Positions 30,253 to 43,602 of a stretch of DNA of 64,000 bases are shown in pieces. Source of the DNA: Camelus ferus (lineage: Eukaryota); the NCBI RefSeq assembly GCF_009834535.1, contig NC_045696.1, forward strand, positions 85,810,001 through 85,874,000, read 5' to 3'. The notes under the pieces were generated by a model. The model did no database searches and was not told where the DNA came from. It saw only the letters and a program-made list of their open reading frames with translations. The stretch's first letter is position 1; each line of letters opens with the position of its first letter. Made by a program: the position numbers and the translations under genes.

Positions 30253-30372
30253 GATTCTGCTATTTTTATGAAAAAACACAGTAATGGAGAATCATATGAA
30301 CTCTGTGATAGAGGAACAGCACAAAAAGTGTGAACTATTGAGTCCTGTGGGTTTTACACCAATTACTGAAAA
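30253..30372 (+). pseudogene. Decayed SI exon 12-like exon
   Basis: DSAIFMKKHSNGESYELCDRGTAQKV*TIESCG..TPITE|gtaac versus recalled SI [40 protein letters not shown]. TGA at 30331-30333 replaces Trp; acceptor AG is lost. Confidence 0.88.
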
Positions 30373-32277
30373 GTAACTAGTAAAAAAATCTAGTTTTGAG
30401 CCAACTACTATGTTATTTAATTTGTTAGAGGAGGAGGTTGGATTGAAAGGATAAGACTTCCGTTTCACTTACTCCGATCATGTATTCAGAACCTGAGATC
30501 ACTCCACTTAACAGCTGCCAGGTGGAAAGTTATTGTCAAAATTACAATTAGTCTGTCCTGAATGTATTAGAAGAGAAGACAGAAAACATAATCATATTGA
30601 TAAGCATGTTGATAAGCAAAAGGTGAACATATTGTTAGAATAATTACAATCACTTTTCTGCTGATCCCTTGTTTTGGAAAGTTCTGTCCTCATTTTCTGC
30701 ACTATATTTTCTTCATGAACTTTCTCTTTCCATCTAGTCTTAGTGTCCACAGATCTCTATAGATGCTTTAGAAGTTATTTACAGAGGCTAATAATTTACC
30801 AGGTCAGTTGGTTCTTCATCTTGAGACATACCCCCCTTATTTTCTCACTGCTTCATGTCCCCTAAGGAACAGAAATTTCTTAACGGTAGAATATATTATT
30901 TTTCTGAAAGTTATTGTCTCTGAACTAACCTCAATTCTTCGTTTTCCCATCTCAGTTTCCTGTCTCAAAAGGAAACTTCTTAAACCTGCTTTAGGGTCTC
31001 AGTTTCCCCTCTTGGGTTGAAAACAACCAGAAGCTGCAGGCTTGGCCCTTTTCCTGCTTCTGAACAGTTTGGTAGAATATATACCGTCAGAGCTCTCAGG
31101 GCAGCTTGGCGGATAGTCAAAGGCACTTAACAATCTCCTGGCTACTAAAGGACAAGTGATGTATCAAAAATTCTGAGATTTATGTGGTGGCATGCTTTCT
31201 AGTTCCAAAAAATAATTAAGAAGTTTATCATGCTCCGGTGGACTATTTACTACCATTTGTCATAAAAACATCAGTTAAGGTTTGTGTGGGCCATTCTTGC
31301 CCGTGACTGGATGTGATTCCCACAAAACCCTGATAATAGCTACTATAGAAATCATTATTCTCATTGTATAAGCTGATAAAAGAAGTTCAGGGAATTTGCT
31401 CAAGTTTCTCATATTAAAATAGAAGTCATATATTTTTGTTAAGATTGTTATGAGAATATACATGATTTAATGTACATAAATGCACTGAGTTGAAAGCAGA
31501 GTTTTGAAACTTCGCAGGTGTCTAATAACTGCCAAAAACAGTATAATAAAAAGTAATATAATGTTAATAATTTTAAGGACTAGAATTCCCATTTTCTGAT
31601 TCATGATCAAAAGTAGCTTTTAATACTCTCGTTTAGTTGTTTCCCATAATTTAGTGCAATGTTTGGCACATTATAGAGACTCAAATGTTTTCCAAAGAAT
31701 AGGTGCTTCTGAAGCTTTATGTACAGAAGGGAATAACAGGTATTCCAGATAGCCAAATGTTACAGTGTTTACATTTTTCCTTTAAAAAATAAGTCATTTC
31801 AAAACTGCAGAGATAGTTATAAGGACAAGGAAAATTATACCAGATAATACTAGATAGTACTATAATTACATAATGTTGGAGTTAAGCTATGCATGCAGTT
31901 TATTTCCTCTTTAATAAGAGGTATAATTTTTGAAACTGTAATCAAAAGTTGTGTTGTTCAAAACTGTTTGTTCCATCTTTATGGTATGAACTTACCATTA
32001 TATGACTATTCTGACAAGTAAAGGAGAGTATTCTCAGTATACAAAATAAGTGTGCCGTATGTCTTTATATTGAGATTAGTTGATATTAATCTTATGATAT
32101 TTTAAATTTTAATTAGGAATCACACATTTTAGCATACATTAAGCTATGCTAAGCACTTTTATTATAAAATATTTAATAAACAGGGTTAACATCTTCAAAT
32201 TCTAAGCCTGAAAAAATACATTATTTATGTTTTTTTTTTCTTTTGGTTATAGATAGATGGCACAAGAGTTCATTTAG

Positions 32278-32425
32278 ATCTGGCCAGAATTTACTGTGAC
32301 CCTAACTTTACTAATCTGGCCAGAATTTACTGTGACCCTAACTTTACTAATCTGGCACTTTACAAATTATTGGGTAAATGAGTGTGAGCTTTTTCACCAG
32401 AAAGTGAATTTTGATGGTTTTAAAT
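32278..32425 (+). pseudogene. Decayed SI exon 13-like exon with an internal 36-bp tandem duplication
   Basis: tttag|IWPEFTV.PNFTNL..TNYWVNECELFHQKVNFDG..|gtaagt versus recalled SI [38 protein letters not shown]. Confidence 0.9.
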
Positions 32426-32927
32426 GTAAGTAATTATTTTACATTTCAGCAAGGAAAGAAAATGACAATGTAAATTACTAGTATTATTCAGACCTAATGA
32501 AATATCTTTTCCCTTCCCATTTACTAAGTATTTATTTTAGTAATTCTAATGATTTTCTGTTAGAAGTTCAGACGTAATTTCTATTCATACAAAGGGAGGG
32601 AGAAGGAGAAATTTCATTCTCTGTCTCTATTTACTCCTCTACCCCTTTTCCATTCATAGAATTAAGACATGAAAAATGTATCTTTTTCCCTCTGGAGCTT
32701 ACTAATTTTAAATATAGTATGAGCTCTTAATTGCCAATGGCATACATTTTTGAAGTAATAGCAAAAATTATATTAAAAGAACAATGTTCATTAGGACATA
32801 TGAGGATTGAAATCAGTAATTTTAGCTTCACGTGAGCTATGCAGCCCCTACTAAAATAAAACTTCTAATTCGAAGAAGTTCACAAGTTCTGAACTTGTGT
32901 TCGGTACCAGGCACTGGGTTAGGTAAC

Positions 32928-33142
32928 AGTAGTGGTCTGATCTGGGAGTGATTTTTGTCTTTCTCAGGGACTTTTAGCAATGTTTGAAGGCATTTTTGAT
33001 TGTCTCAAGTCGGGAGTGTTACTGGCATCAAGTGAGTTAAAAGCCAGGGATGCTCTTAAACATTTTATAACAGCACAGGACAGCCTCCCAGAACAAAGAA
33101 TCTCACCTAAAGTGTCAATAGTGCCAGTGTTGAAAAATTATG
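32928..33142. mobile_element. MER20-like hAT DNA transposon
   Basis: gcaatgtttgaaggcatttttgattgtc...actggcatc..gtgagt...gccagggatgct..taaacat...cacaggacagcc...aacaaagaat. Confidence 0.8.
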
Positions 33143-34753
33143 GGCCCCAGGGATGTTAAGATAAAGTAAACACATAGTTGTGTATTTAAAGCATTGTATC
33201 TACTTTGTGTTAAACTTTGCACAATATTAACTTATTGTCATATTTATCTAAGAAAAAGTTTCACTTGAAAATATATGGCTTCTTTAAAACGCATCAGTAG
33301 CCTCTGCTTGTTGGCAATGGGCAATGCGTTACATCCCTTTACCCATGATCTTGCTGGTACGAGATATATTTCAGTTGAATTCAAGTCTTATACAAGACTT
33401 TGCCAACATAAAGACCTTTCTTAGCAAGTGGGCTCAGTAACAATCTTCATCTTATTCTCTAAGCTCCAAAAAAACTAATTTTCTGTCCTAGAAGTGCTTC
33501 CACTAGCACATTATACAGAATGTATATTCTAGCAGAAATACTGGCAAACTCTCTCCTCATCTTTGATTACAGGGATTATCTGGATCCTAAACTTGGGATG
33601 CATTTCTAAAGGGTATAAGCTATTCGTTTCACTGGATGCTTTTATCTAGTACATACAAGGTGGAGGGCCTGAAAAAATTTTTCTAGCCATGTACAGATAT
33701 TGAATATCTCATCTAGCAATGAAAAAATATTTAAATATTCATAATGCTGGTTAATGAACTCTTTGACATTTAACAGAAATAAAGATAGTTGAAGACATTG
33801 GAGTAGCTTCATATAGAAAGTGGACACTTGATTAGAATCTTTCAAATACTACTTTATCACTCTAGGGTGAGTGTGTATTCCTGATCAGAGTTAAATATTG
33901 TGCACGTATTGAGGTATTTTAAAATAAATAAGAGGCAACCTTATATTCACTTATATCTCACATTCATTTTGCTAACACAAACATTGATTAAACACATGCC
34001 CAAGATTACATAGATAGTAAATTACTGATCAAAATTTGACAAAGGCTTGTTTAACTACAAAGTTCTTACTCTTATCTTCAAATGCAATAATGTTACATGT
34101 GCAAATAAACTAGTTTTAAACAATAGGAAGACATACTCTCCTTTTAAGTAATTGTTTTATCTTTTCATTTTTAAGCATATACCATATACATAAACACACA
34201 AATGATGTGTTCAGCTTGATTAACTTGTGTTTATGATTTTGATTAATGTATATCTCTGTGTAACCATGGAAATGTAATTTTTAAATAATAGAAACTATTT
34301 AATCACTCTTTCCTTTTGAAAAAATAGAATTCATGAGAATTATGTTGCAAGGACAAATGCCTGGCTCATGTAGTGGAAGGTTGTGGGTTGTATTGCACAG
34401 TGAAGATGTGGTCCATATCCTTGTTCCTTTGAGGGCTAAAACCTGAATTAATTTCTAGTGAAATGTGATCCTATAATAACTAACATTGATAAAAATGAAC
34501 AGTTAAATACAGAAGTCCTTTCATGAGTAATGTATGCTTACTTGACAGAAGTTTTCTTTGAATGAGGATAAAATTTGGATTATAGAATCTTATTTAAAGA
34601 AACTTAATTTGATTAGTTTTTAGTAACACTAGATGAAGAAGAGATTATCTCCACCCTCATGTTCATGGCTTCAAAGGTCCCTTCTGGGTTTACGTGCTTT
34701 GAGCTGAATTCTGATTTTACCTGATTTTGGCTTCCAAGAGGAGATCCTAAGTA

Positions 34754-34754
<1 letters not shown>

Positions 34755-34787
<33 letters not shown>

Positions 34788-34797
34788 AATAATAATA
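34755..34797 (+). repeat. (AAC)n(AAT)n microsatellite
   Basis: Compound trinucleotide run. Confidence 0.95.
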
Positions 34798-35914
34798 GTT
34801 GCTAGTATATATTGAGCACCTTCTAACTGCACTGAGGACAACTGGACCCTTAAGCAGATTACTGTTTTCTTCTTTTCATTTCATAAGGCTGAAAGATAGT
34901 AAGGCGATAGTTTTGCTTCTTTACATATCAAGAAACTGAAAGGTGTGAGTTAGAGCCTTGCCCTGCAAATATCAGAAATGTATTTGAGACAGAGAATTAG
35001 TTTATAAGCAGAAAGGAGGACAAAAATCCATCTAGAGCTCAGAAAAAAACCTGGAAAGCTAACACAATCTTCCCGTCATCTCTTTGCCTGTGACTGATGG
35101 AATTCATCTGTTGTGCTGACCTATGGTGAGGAAATAGGTTCCAACCAGAAGTTCTTTATTTACTGTAAGTCTGTGGCTTTGAAACCTAAATATAGAGGAC
35201 AGTTCAGGGATTCACCTGTGGTTCAAGCAGTCGCAATTAGGGTACCAGGTTTAGAGATTACACACATGGCTATATGTTCCATCCCTGTGTGGACAAGGTA
35301 CTACCCACCTGGTAGTAGGAGTGACCATAAAGATAATCTGAAAGGTTACCATTACATTGTCAGGAAAGCTTAATTTGCCATGAGTCCTGTATAAAAGATG
35401 CCCCCAGATCTGTCTGGAACCCTTACCCTTCCTACTATACATTACAGACTCACAATAGAAAAAGTAGTATGTATCAATTGATTTCTTTCTTTATTTTTTT
35501 TACTAATTTGTTGAGTTCTTTTACAGCTAAATTCTCAAGTATAAGAATTCTTTGTGTTTTGTGTACATACTATTGTATTTAAAATACTGAATATAATACA
35601 GAAATCCCTTGCTTTGGCCTTACTAGAGAAATATGTAAAGCCATACACAAACAAATCTGACTTTTAACCAAGATGTTTTATTAAACATTGGATAATTCCT
35701 CAAAATAAAACCTAATATCTCACTTCATTATTTCCTTCTAGAAGTCTCATGAAAGGTTAATGAATTGCAAATCCAAATTGTAATATATATTTGTCTTATC
35801 CCTACAGTGGCCTGGTAATGTGATAATAATGCTTTTAAACATAAGGGAACTGAAATTATCTAAATAATGTCTAGCAACCCCTCCCACGCTCAATTTTTTT
35901 CCTTTGCATTTCTG

Positions 35915-36606
35915 TTTATTTTGTATTGTGCTAAAAAAAAACACCTAACATGTGATGTACCTGCTTAACAAAATTTTAAGTGGACAGTACAGTATTGCTA
36001 GTTATATGCACATTGTTGTACAGTAGATCTCTACAACTTATTCATTTTGCATGACTGAAATTTTATACTCATTGAATAGCAACTCCTGATTTCTGAGTCC
36101 CTTCAGCCACTGACAACCACCATTCCACTTCCTGTTTCTACGAGTTTGACCACTTTAGATGCCTTGTGTAAGTGGAATCATTGCAGTATTTGTCTGTCTG
36201 TGACTGACTTATTTCACTTAACAGATAGTCTTCATGGCTCACCCATGTTGCAGCATATGGCAAGATTTCCTTCTTTTTTTAAGGCTGAATTATATTCCAT
36301 TGTATGTATGTACCATATTTGTTTTATCCATTCAGCCATCCAGAGACATTTAGCTTGTTTCCACTTCTTGGCTGTTGTGAAAAATGCTGCAATGAATATG
36401 AGAGTGCAAATACCTTTTTTGAGTTCCTATTTTGAACTCTTTTGGATAAACACATAGAAGTGGGATTGCTGGATCAAATGATACTTCTATTTTTAGTTTT
36501 TTCAGGAACATACATACTAACAGTGCCTGTATCTTTTTCCCTTCCCACCAACGTTCTACAGAATGTTGAGGTTCCAATTTCTGCACATCCTTGCCAGCAA
36601 TTGTTA

Positions 36607-36637
<31 letters not shown>

Positions 36638-36655
36638 GTATATATTTTTTTTTCT
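35915..36655 (-). mobile_element. Older L1 (L1MA/L1MB-like) 3' fragment
   Basis: Antisense L1 hallmarks: aaggctgaattatattccattgtatgtatgtaccatattt and gggattgctggatca. Minus-strand ORF FLKKLKIEVSFDPAIPLL. Confidence 0.9.
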
Positions 36656-39600
36656 GTGTATAGGAGAGCTCTTCAAATTTTCACCCAAGTTCTTTCAATC
36701 TTAGGTTAGACATATCTTACAAGCTCTGTTCTTACACTGTTTCATCCCTACCTTTCTATGTGCTCTTGTGGCTCAGGTAAAACTGGTGGAACCTAACACC
36801 TTATTCATTTAATATGTTTTTCTTTATTACTCTTAGTCCAGTTTAATAAAACATTTTTAAAATAAAAGATGAAAAAATTATAACAGCAAAGCAGCCAAGA
36901 CTACTTCATATCAATATTAATTTATTAGATTTAATAGTGCTTATATTTCAATTATCTACTGTTTATGCCAATGTCTGAAAATTGACAATATGCCATTAAA
37001 AGTTATAAAACTATGTTCTGCATCCTTAGTGAAAGAAGAGAAATATTTAATACATTTCACACATTTTAAAAAAATGTTTAAAATAATACAATTATTTAGA
37101 CTTAAATAAATTGGAAATGAGTAGCATGATTGATGCTTTCAAGAATGATAGCTAATTGACTGCTGCTCTCCCTTGGTAACCAAGTATAGGATGGAGAATT
37201 TGTTTTCTTTTTGAAAGACAGTTTTCCTCAAAGCAAGTAAGATGTCTGAATTTAAATAAAGATATCTTAGAGAGAAGTATGCTTTTTCGGGAGATTTAGA
37301 TAACCCATAGCCACAATCAAGAGAGAGAATAATAATGAACTGCATAAGTGTATGGTAATCCAAGTAATATAAACTCTTAAAATATCAGTGAGTTATTATT
37401 TAACCATGCATATTTATCTATAGTTATGCATTGTTCTGATGTCAACAGTGAGCTAAATGTCATTACAGTATTCCCCAAACTGGTGTGTTGGGAAATAATA
37501 AAACAAAATCCAAACAAAACAAATCAACACATCTTACACACACACACACACACAATCATACTGCTATGTTATAATAAAATAGCGTTTTATGTTCCAACAT
37601 GTAAAGGAAATACTGATACAGAGAATTGAAGAAGTAACTTTACAGAGGGACTTCTCAGGTGCTGTAATTTAACGTGCTACTATGACAGTATGCACTGAGA
37701 ATCTCCAAGAAGTAGGCACTCTGTATATCTTCACAAGCATGCATATTCAGGAAAAACTTTTTCAGGTCACTTCTGTGAACCTCTCTCAGAACAGAACTGC
37801 TAATTTAAATCAATGCATTAGTTATATGTGGCTTTAGGAGTCAACATACATTTAAGATGTATGAATGAATATTCTATAGAGTAACATCCAGTAATAGTGA
37901 GGGTAAATTGAGTCCATACAGCTATATGATAATTCACATTGCTTTTTAGCCAATAAGAATCTTGAAAGAGATTGGACTGTGGTACACACACTATTTTATC
38001 TTATTTTTTCTCACTTAAAATACTGGAGAGTCTTTACAGGTTGTTAATACACTGGTTCCATTAAAGAACTTCAGTTTTCAGTTTGCTATTATTATTTTAG
38101 TAGCCTGCCTGAAAATTCATAGGGAGTATTATAATATATTGTTAAGGATGTAACCTTGAGTTTATGATGGCTCAATCCTTACCAAAAGCTGTACTGAAAA
38201 AAAATACTTTTTAGGGAGTACAACTTGAAGAAAATGCAAATGTCCTTTTTGAGATTTGTGAAAGATGACCCTTGGATACAACCCAGATGATCAGAGAGTG
38301 CTGCTTAGGTCACATGCAGTTCAAATTTGCTGAACTCTGCCTTAGCATAATGTTACAAAAAATGACCCTTTGATGTTCTCTGTTGTATTTTCTGCGGAGC
38401 TATCATTAAAAAACAATTTATAGCGTAGCACACTATTTCATGAAGATTCTTGCAAGCAAAATGTGTTTTTGCCGATTCACTACTTGTTTTTAACTTATGC
38501 GTGTAGAACAATTTAACCACTAATATGTCCTACTTTGTGATGGTTAGTTGCAAATCCCAAAGACTTGCTATCTTCCTTTAGCAATTTTTATAAGTTGCTT
38601 ATAAATGACATGCAATTTGAATTTTAATGCTGCCTGCTCTTATTTTGTTCCTTGATCTGATTTTTCACAGGTATGTTTTTACCTTCTGGTATGATTTTAT
38701 AAGCTATTTCAAATCCTTTTTCATATTGAAGCAAGGTAGAAATTATTACATAGTGAAAGACATAGGTAAATGAATAAAGTTGGTTCTTTTGTTCATATAA
38801 GGCTAACTGTTGGGGGAGAGTCCACATTTTGGCTCTTGAGGACTAAGACCATTGGTTTCTGAATGTGGCTTTTGGGAACAGAGGTTTGTGGATGAGGTAT
38901 GTAGTTATGAGATTTGTGTTGCAATGAATGTTTGCCCATTTGTTTAAATTCTCCTGTCAACCTCTTCAGTTTGGTTCATGTATCTATTTAACATGACCCC
39001 AGTAATCTTCATCACATTCTTTGGTTTTAGGGATTAAACAAGCAAACGAACATGCTATGGTTCACTCTACATTTCCTATTCCGAACCTGGAATTTTGCAT
39101 TTAAATAGGATAGTTCCCTTATAAGAAATGATATTTATAGTCCGCCATCAAAATAATAGGATGCTTGTTCCTCATTCCTTGATTTGGTCACTGTTTCCAT
39201 ACCTATTGTAATGAGCAGAGCTGGAAAAATATGTGTAATATAAAAGAGGAAGTGTATTTGGAATTATATTGATATTGCTAGTTTTAATTTAGAATTGTGT
39301 TTTTTCTTACCTTCTTTAATATAGCTTGTTTTTTTTTCATAACACTAAAAATCTTAGCTCCTATGCACTAATGTAACTATTTGGTATGCTTATTTTAGAA
39401 TAAAGGTATTAATATTATCTCTAACAGTATTACAAAAAGCTGTTTAAGGTTGTTTTTCCTTTTTTCCCCAGTTATTTTTATCCACAAATTACTGTGCTTT
39501 GAGGTCACTTAAAATATTTTCTTTCAGCATGATGGAGCTACCAACTTAGGTTTAATGGTCATATTTTGCTCATGGTTTTTAGAGGTTGCTTTTTTTTTCT

Positions 39601-39858
39601 ACTTTTATTTAATTTTTGCTTGATATTTATGCAGAACTTTTACATGCCTCCAATGTCGAATTTACAAAGCAGAGTATATTCAGAGATGTGGAGTTTTTAT
39701 TTTCTAATTCTCATTTCTGTTCTCCACATAACCATTTTATTCACTTACACTTATTACATATTTAAGCAAATACAGATAATTTAAAATTTTGTTTCTAAAA
39801 TACTTGTTGCCTCAAATATGTTTTAATCATCTGCATACTTAAATTTCTTTTACTATAA

Positions 39859-39940
39859 CATCAGAATCTCATGGGACTCACAATTGCTCTTAGTGATAAT
39901 TCAGCAAAAGGAGACTTCTTGAATGATGGAGAGTCTAAAG
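39859..39940 (+). pseudogene. Decayed SI exon 22-like exon
   Basis: HQNLMGLTIALSDNSAKGDFLNDGESK(D)|gtag versus recalled SI [29 protein letters not shown]. Also aligns to this window's own SI exon at 8887-8975, with the same phase-1 donor. Confidence 0.88.
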
Positions 39941-40063
39941 GTAGACATATTATATATAACATATCCCTGGATGAGTGAGACAAGTTGTTAAATGGTCAAA
40001 CAGTCTAATAAAACTAGTAGCTAAGCATAATCATTTTGCTTTGATCTAAAATTAAGGGTGACT

Positions 40064-40396
40064 CATCTACAAAACAGAAACAGACTTGCAGGCATAGTAA
40101 ACAATCTTATTATTACCAGGGGAAAGGGGGTGGGAAGAGTAAATTTAGGAGTTTGAGATTTGCAAATATTAACTGCTATATATAAAAATAAACAAAAACC
40201 GAATTTCTTCTGTATAGCACAGGGAACTACAGTCAATATCTTGTAATAACCTTTAATGAAAAAATATGAAAATGAATATATGTATGTGTATGCGTATATA
40301 TATATATATATATATATATATGCATGACTGGGACATGCTGTACAACAGAAATTGACACATTGTAATTGGCTATATTTCAATAAAAATAAATAAATG
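40064..40396 (+). mobile_element. 5'-truncated L1 3'UTR insertion with 15-bp TSD
   Basis: ctgtatagcacagggaactac...aattgacacattgtaa...A-rich tail. TSD aaattaagggtgact at 40049-40063 and 40397-40411. Confidence 0.9.
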
Positions 40397-40630
40397 AAAT
40401 TAAGGGTGACTAAAATATAACTAAAATTGATTTTCATTTGTGATTTCTAAGAGTCTAGAAAGAATGTCATGATAGGCAAATATTACTGAAAAATCATATT
40501 TTTACATACATACAGTTATAAAAAGAGGAAAAAATAGAAGTAGAGACTAAGAAAGAGAATTTACACTGTGTACACACAAAAACACAAAGATGAAAGAGAG
40601 AGAGAGAGAGATAAAAGATTAGAAAGTAGG

Positions 40631-42795
40631 ATTCAACATAGTATTGGAAGTCCTAGCCACAGCAATCAGACAAAAAAAAAGTATCCAAATTGGAAGGGAA
40701 GAGGTTAAGTTGTCATTATATGTAGATATCATGATACTATACGTAGAAAAACCTAAAGACTACTCACAAAAACTGCTAAAACGGACAAACTCAGCAAAGT
40801 AACGGGATACAAGAGTAACATACAGAAATCTGTTGCATTTCTTTACACTAACAATGAAATATCAGAAATGAAAAGTAAAAAAAAAATCTGTTTTAAAATT
40901 ACATAAAAAAAAATACTTAGTAATAAACCTGAACAAGGAGGTGAAAGAGTTGTATGCTGAGAACTATAAAACATTGATAAAGGAAACTGAAGATGATTCA
41001 AATAAATGGAATGATATCCCATGCCCTTGGATTGGAAGAATTAATATTGTTAAAATGGCCATACTACCCAAAGCAATCTACAGTTTAATGTGATCCCTGT
41101 GAAATTACCCAGGATGTTTTCACAGGACTGGAACAAATAATCCTAAAATTTATATGGAATTACAAAAGACCCAGAATTGCCAAAGAAATGCTGAAGAAAA
41201 AGAATGAAGCTGGAGGAATAACCCTCCCAGACTTCAGATAATACTACAGAGCTACAGTAATCAAAACAGTGTGATATTGGCACAAAGACAGACATACAGA
41301 TTAATGGAACAAAATAGAGAACCCAGAAATAAACCCACAGACTTACAGTCAGTTAATCTTTGACAAAGGAGGCGAGAATATACAATGCAAAAAAGACAGT
41401 CCCTTCAAGATACAATGGAGAAAAGAGTGTCTCTTCAGCAAGTGGTGTTGGATAGCTGCCTGGAAATCAGTGAAGTTAGCATACTCCCTCACACCATACA
41501 CAAAAATAAACTCAAAATGGTTTAAAGACTTAAATATAAGGTAAGACACTATAAACCTCCTAGAAGAAAACATAGACAAGACATTTTCTCACAGAAATCT
41601 TAGCAATGTTCTCCTAGGGTGGTCTACCAAGGCTATAGAAATAAAAGCAAAAATAAACAATTGGGACCTAATTAAACTTCTAAGCTTTTGCACAGCAAAG
41701 GAAAATATAAGAAAAACAAAATGGCAACTTACAGAATGGGAGAAAATATTTGCAAATGATGTGACTGACAAAGGTTTAATTTACAGAATATATAAACAGC
41801 CCATACAACTTAATAACAACAACAAAAACAAGAAAACCCAATCTAAAAATCGGCAGAAGACCTAAAAAAGCAATTCTCCAGTGAAAACATACAAATGGCC
41901 AATAGGCACATTAAAAAATGCTCAACATAGCTAATTATCAGAGAAATGCAAATCAGAATGAGGTATCACCTCACACCAGTCAGAATGGCCATCATTAAAA
42001 ATTCCACAAATGATAAATGCTGGAGAAGGGGTGGAGAAAAGGGAACCCTCCTATACTCTTGGTGGGAATGTAGTTTGGTGCAGCCATTATGGAAAACAGT
42101 ATGGAGATTCCTCAAAAAACTAAAATAGATTTACCGTATGATCCAGCAATGCCACTCCTGGGCATATATCCAGGGGAACTCTAATTTGAAAAGATACGTG
42201 CACCCCAAAGTTCATAGCAGCACTATATACAATAGCCAAGACATGAAAACAACCTAAGTATCCATTGACAGAGGACTGGATAAAGAAGTTGTGGTATATT
42301 TATACAATGGAATACTACTTGGCCATAAAAAAGAATAAAATAATGCCATTTGCAGTAACATGGATGGACCTGGAGATCATCAGTCTAAATGAAGTAAGCC
42401 AGAAACAGAAAGAAAAATACCATATGATATCACTCATATATGGAATCTAAAAAGGAAAAAGAAGACAGTAATGAAATTATCTACAAAACAGAAACAGTCA
42501 CAGACATAGTAAAAAAAAAAAAATATGGTTACCTGGGGGAAAGAGTGTGTGAAGGCATAAATTGGGAGCTTGAGATTTGCAACTATTAACTACTATACAT
42601 AAAATAGATTAAAAAAAAAACAGATTTCTTCTGTATAGTAGAGGGGAACTATATTCAATATCTTGTAATAACCTATAATGAAAAAGAATATGAAAAGGAA
42701 TATATGTAGGTATATGATGACTGAAACAGTGGCTGTTCACTAGAAATTGACACATTGTAACTGACTGTACTTCAATTAAAAAAAAAAAGAAAGAA
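40631..42795 (+). mobile_element. 5'-truncated LINE-1 (ORF2 RT/C-terminal region, 3'UTR and poly-A), disrupted
   Basis: Begins attcaacatagtattggaagtcctagcc. ORF2 peptides include [44 protein letters not shown] and WIKKLWYIYTMEYYLAIKKN. Same 3'UTR family as 40064-40396. Confidence 0.96.
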
Positions 42796-43249
42796 AACCA
42801 TGAGAAAAAAAACCAAACATATGCTTTGTAAGTTCCTGCAACATTATTGAATGCAGACTAAATATTTGTTCCTGATATTCTTTTTTTAATTCATTGAAGT
42901 ATAGTTAATTTACAAAATTATATCAGGTGTACAACAGTGATTCAATATTTTTATAGAGCATGAATCATACAAAATTATTAAAAATTATGAAAGGGAAATG
43001 TATGATTAGATGTAAGATTCAGTGTCATTATCTTAAAAATTAATATTAATTGTTCATGAGAAGCAAAGCTTTTCCTAGCCCTGAGAACATGATCTCTCAT
43101 AAAAGGGACGTTGAAAGATGTGGAAGATAATATATTTGGCAGCATCACTACAAATGACACCATAGTGAGTAGCACTTGAGTGAAGTTTGGAGTAAAAGTT
43201 GGAAGCATTGGGCTATTGTGATATCCACCAAAGAAATGTGTTGAGAGTG

Positions 43250-43395
43250 GTTCATAAAAGTTCTCATCACAAGAAGTATGTGTGGTAGTAGACATTAACT
43301 AGACTTATTGTGGTGATCATTTCCAATATATACATATATTGAATCATTATGCTGTAAACCTGAAACTAATATAATGTTATATGTCAATAAAAAAA
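43250..43395 (+). mobile_element. L1 3' terminal fragment
   Basis: ttctcatcacaagaa...ttattgtggtgatcatttc...tgaaactaatataatgttatatgtcaataaaaaa. Confidence 0.8.
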
Positions 43396-43439
43396 TAAAA
43401 GAGAGAGAAAGAAGAAATTTGGGCAAAGAAACACCAAGG

Positions 43440-43602
43440 ATGAACATTTATTAAAAAAAAGACCAGGTGAAGACATACCTGGAAGTGGCTATCTGCAAGC
43501 CAAGGAGAGCGGCCTCAGGAGAAACCAAACCCACCAACGCCTTGATCTTGGACATCTAGCCTCCAGAATGGTGAGAAAATAAATTTCTGTTGATTAAGCC
43601 AA
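43440..43602 (+). mobile_element. MaLR LTR (MLT1-type) fragment
   Basis: ctgcaagccaaggagag..cctcaggagaaacca..ccttgatcttggac..ctagcctccagaa.gtgagaaaataaatttctgttg.ttaagcc. Confidence 0.85.

Noticed and set aside
32278..32349. 36-bp repeats as a CRISPR-like array
   Set aside because: Two abutting copies with no spacer, in mammalian DNA; a simple tandem duplication.
40631..42450. Active L1 or independent protein-coding ORFs
   Set aside because: 5'-truncated with multiple frameshifts and stops; the listed ORFs are ORF2 fragments or antisense frames.
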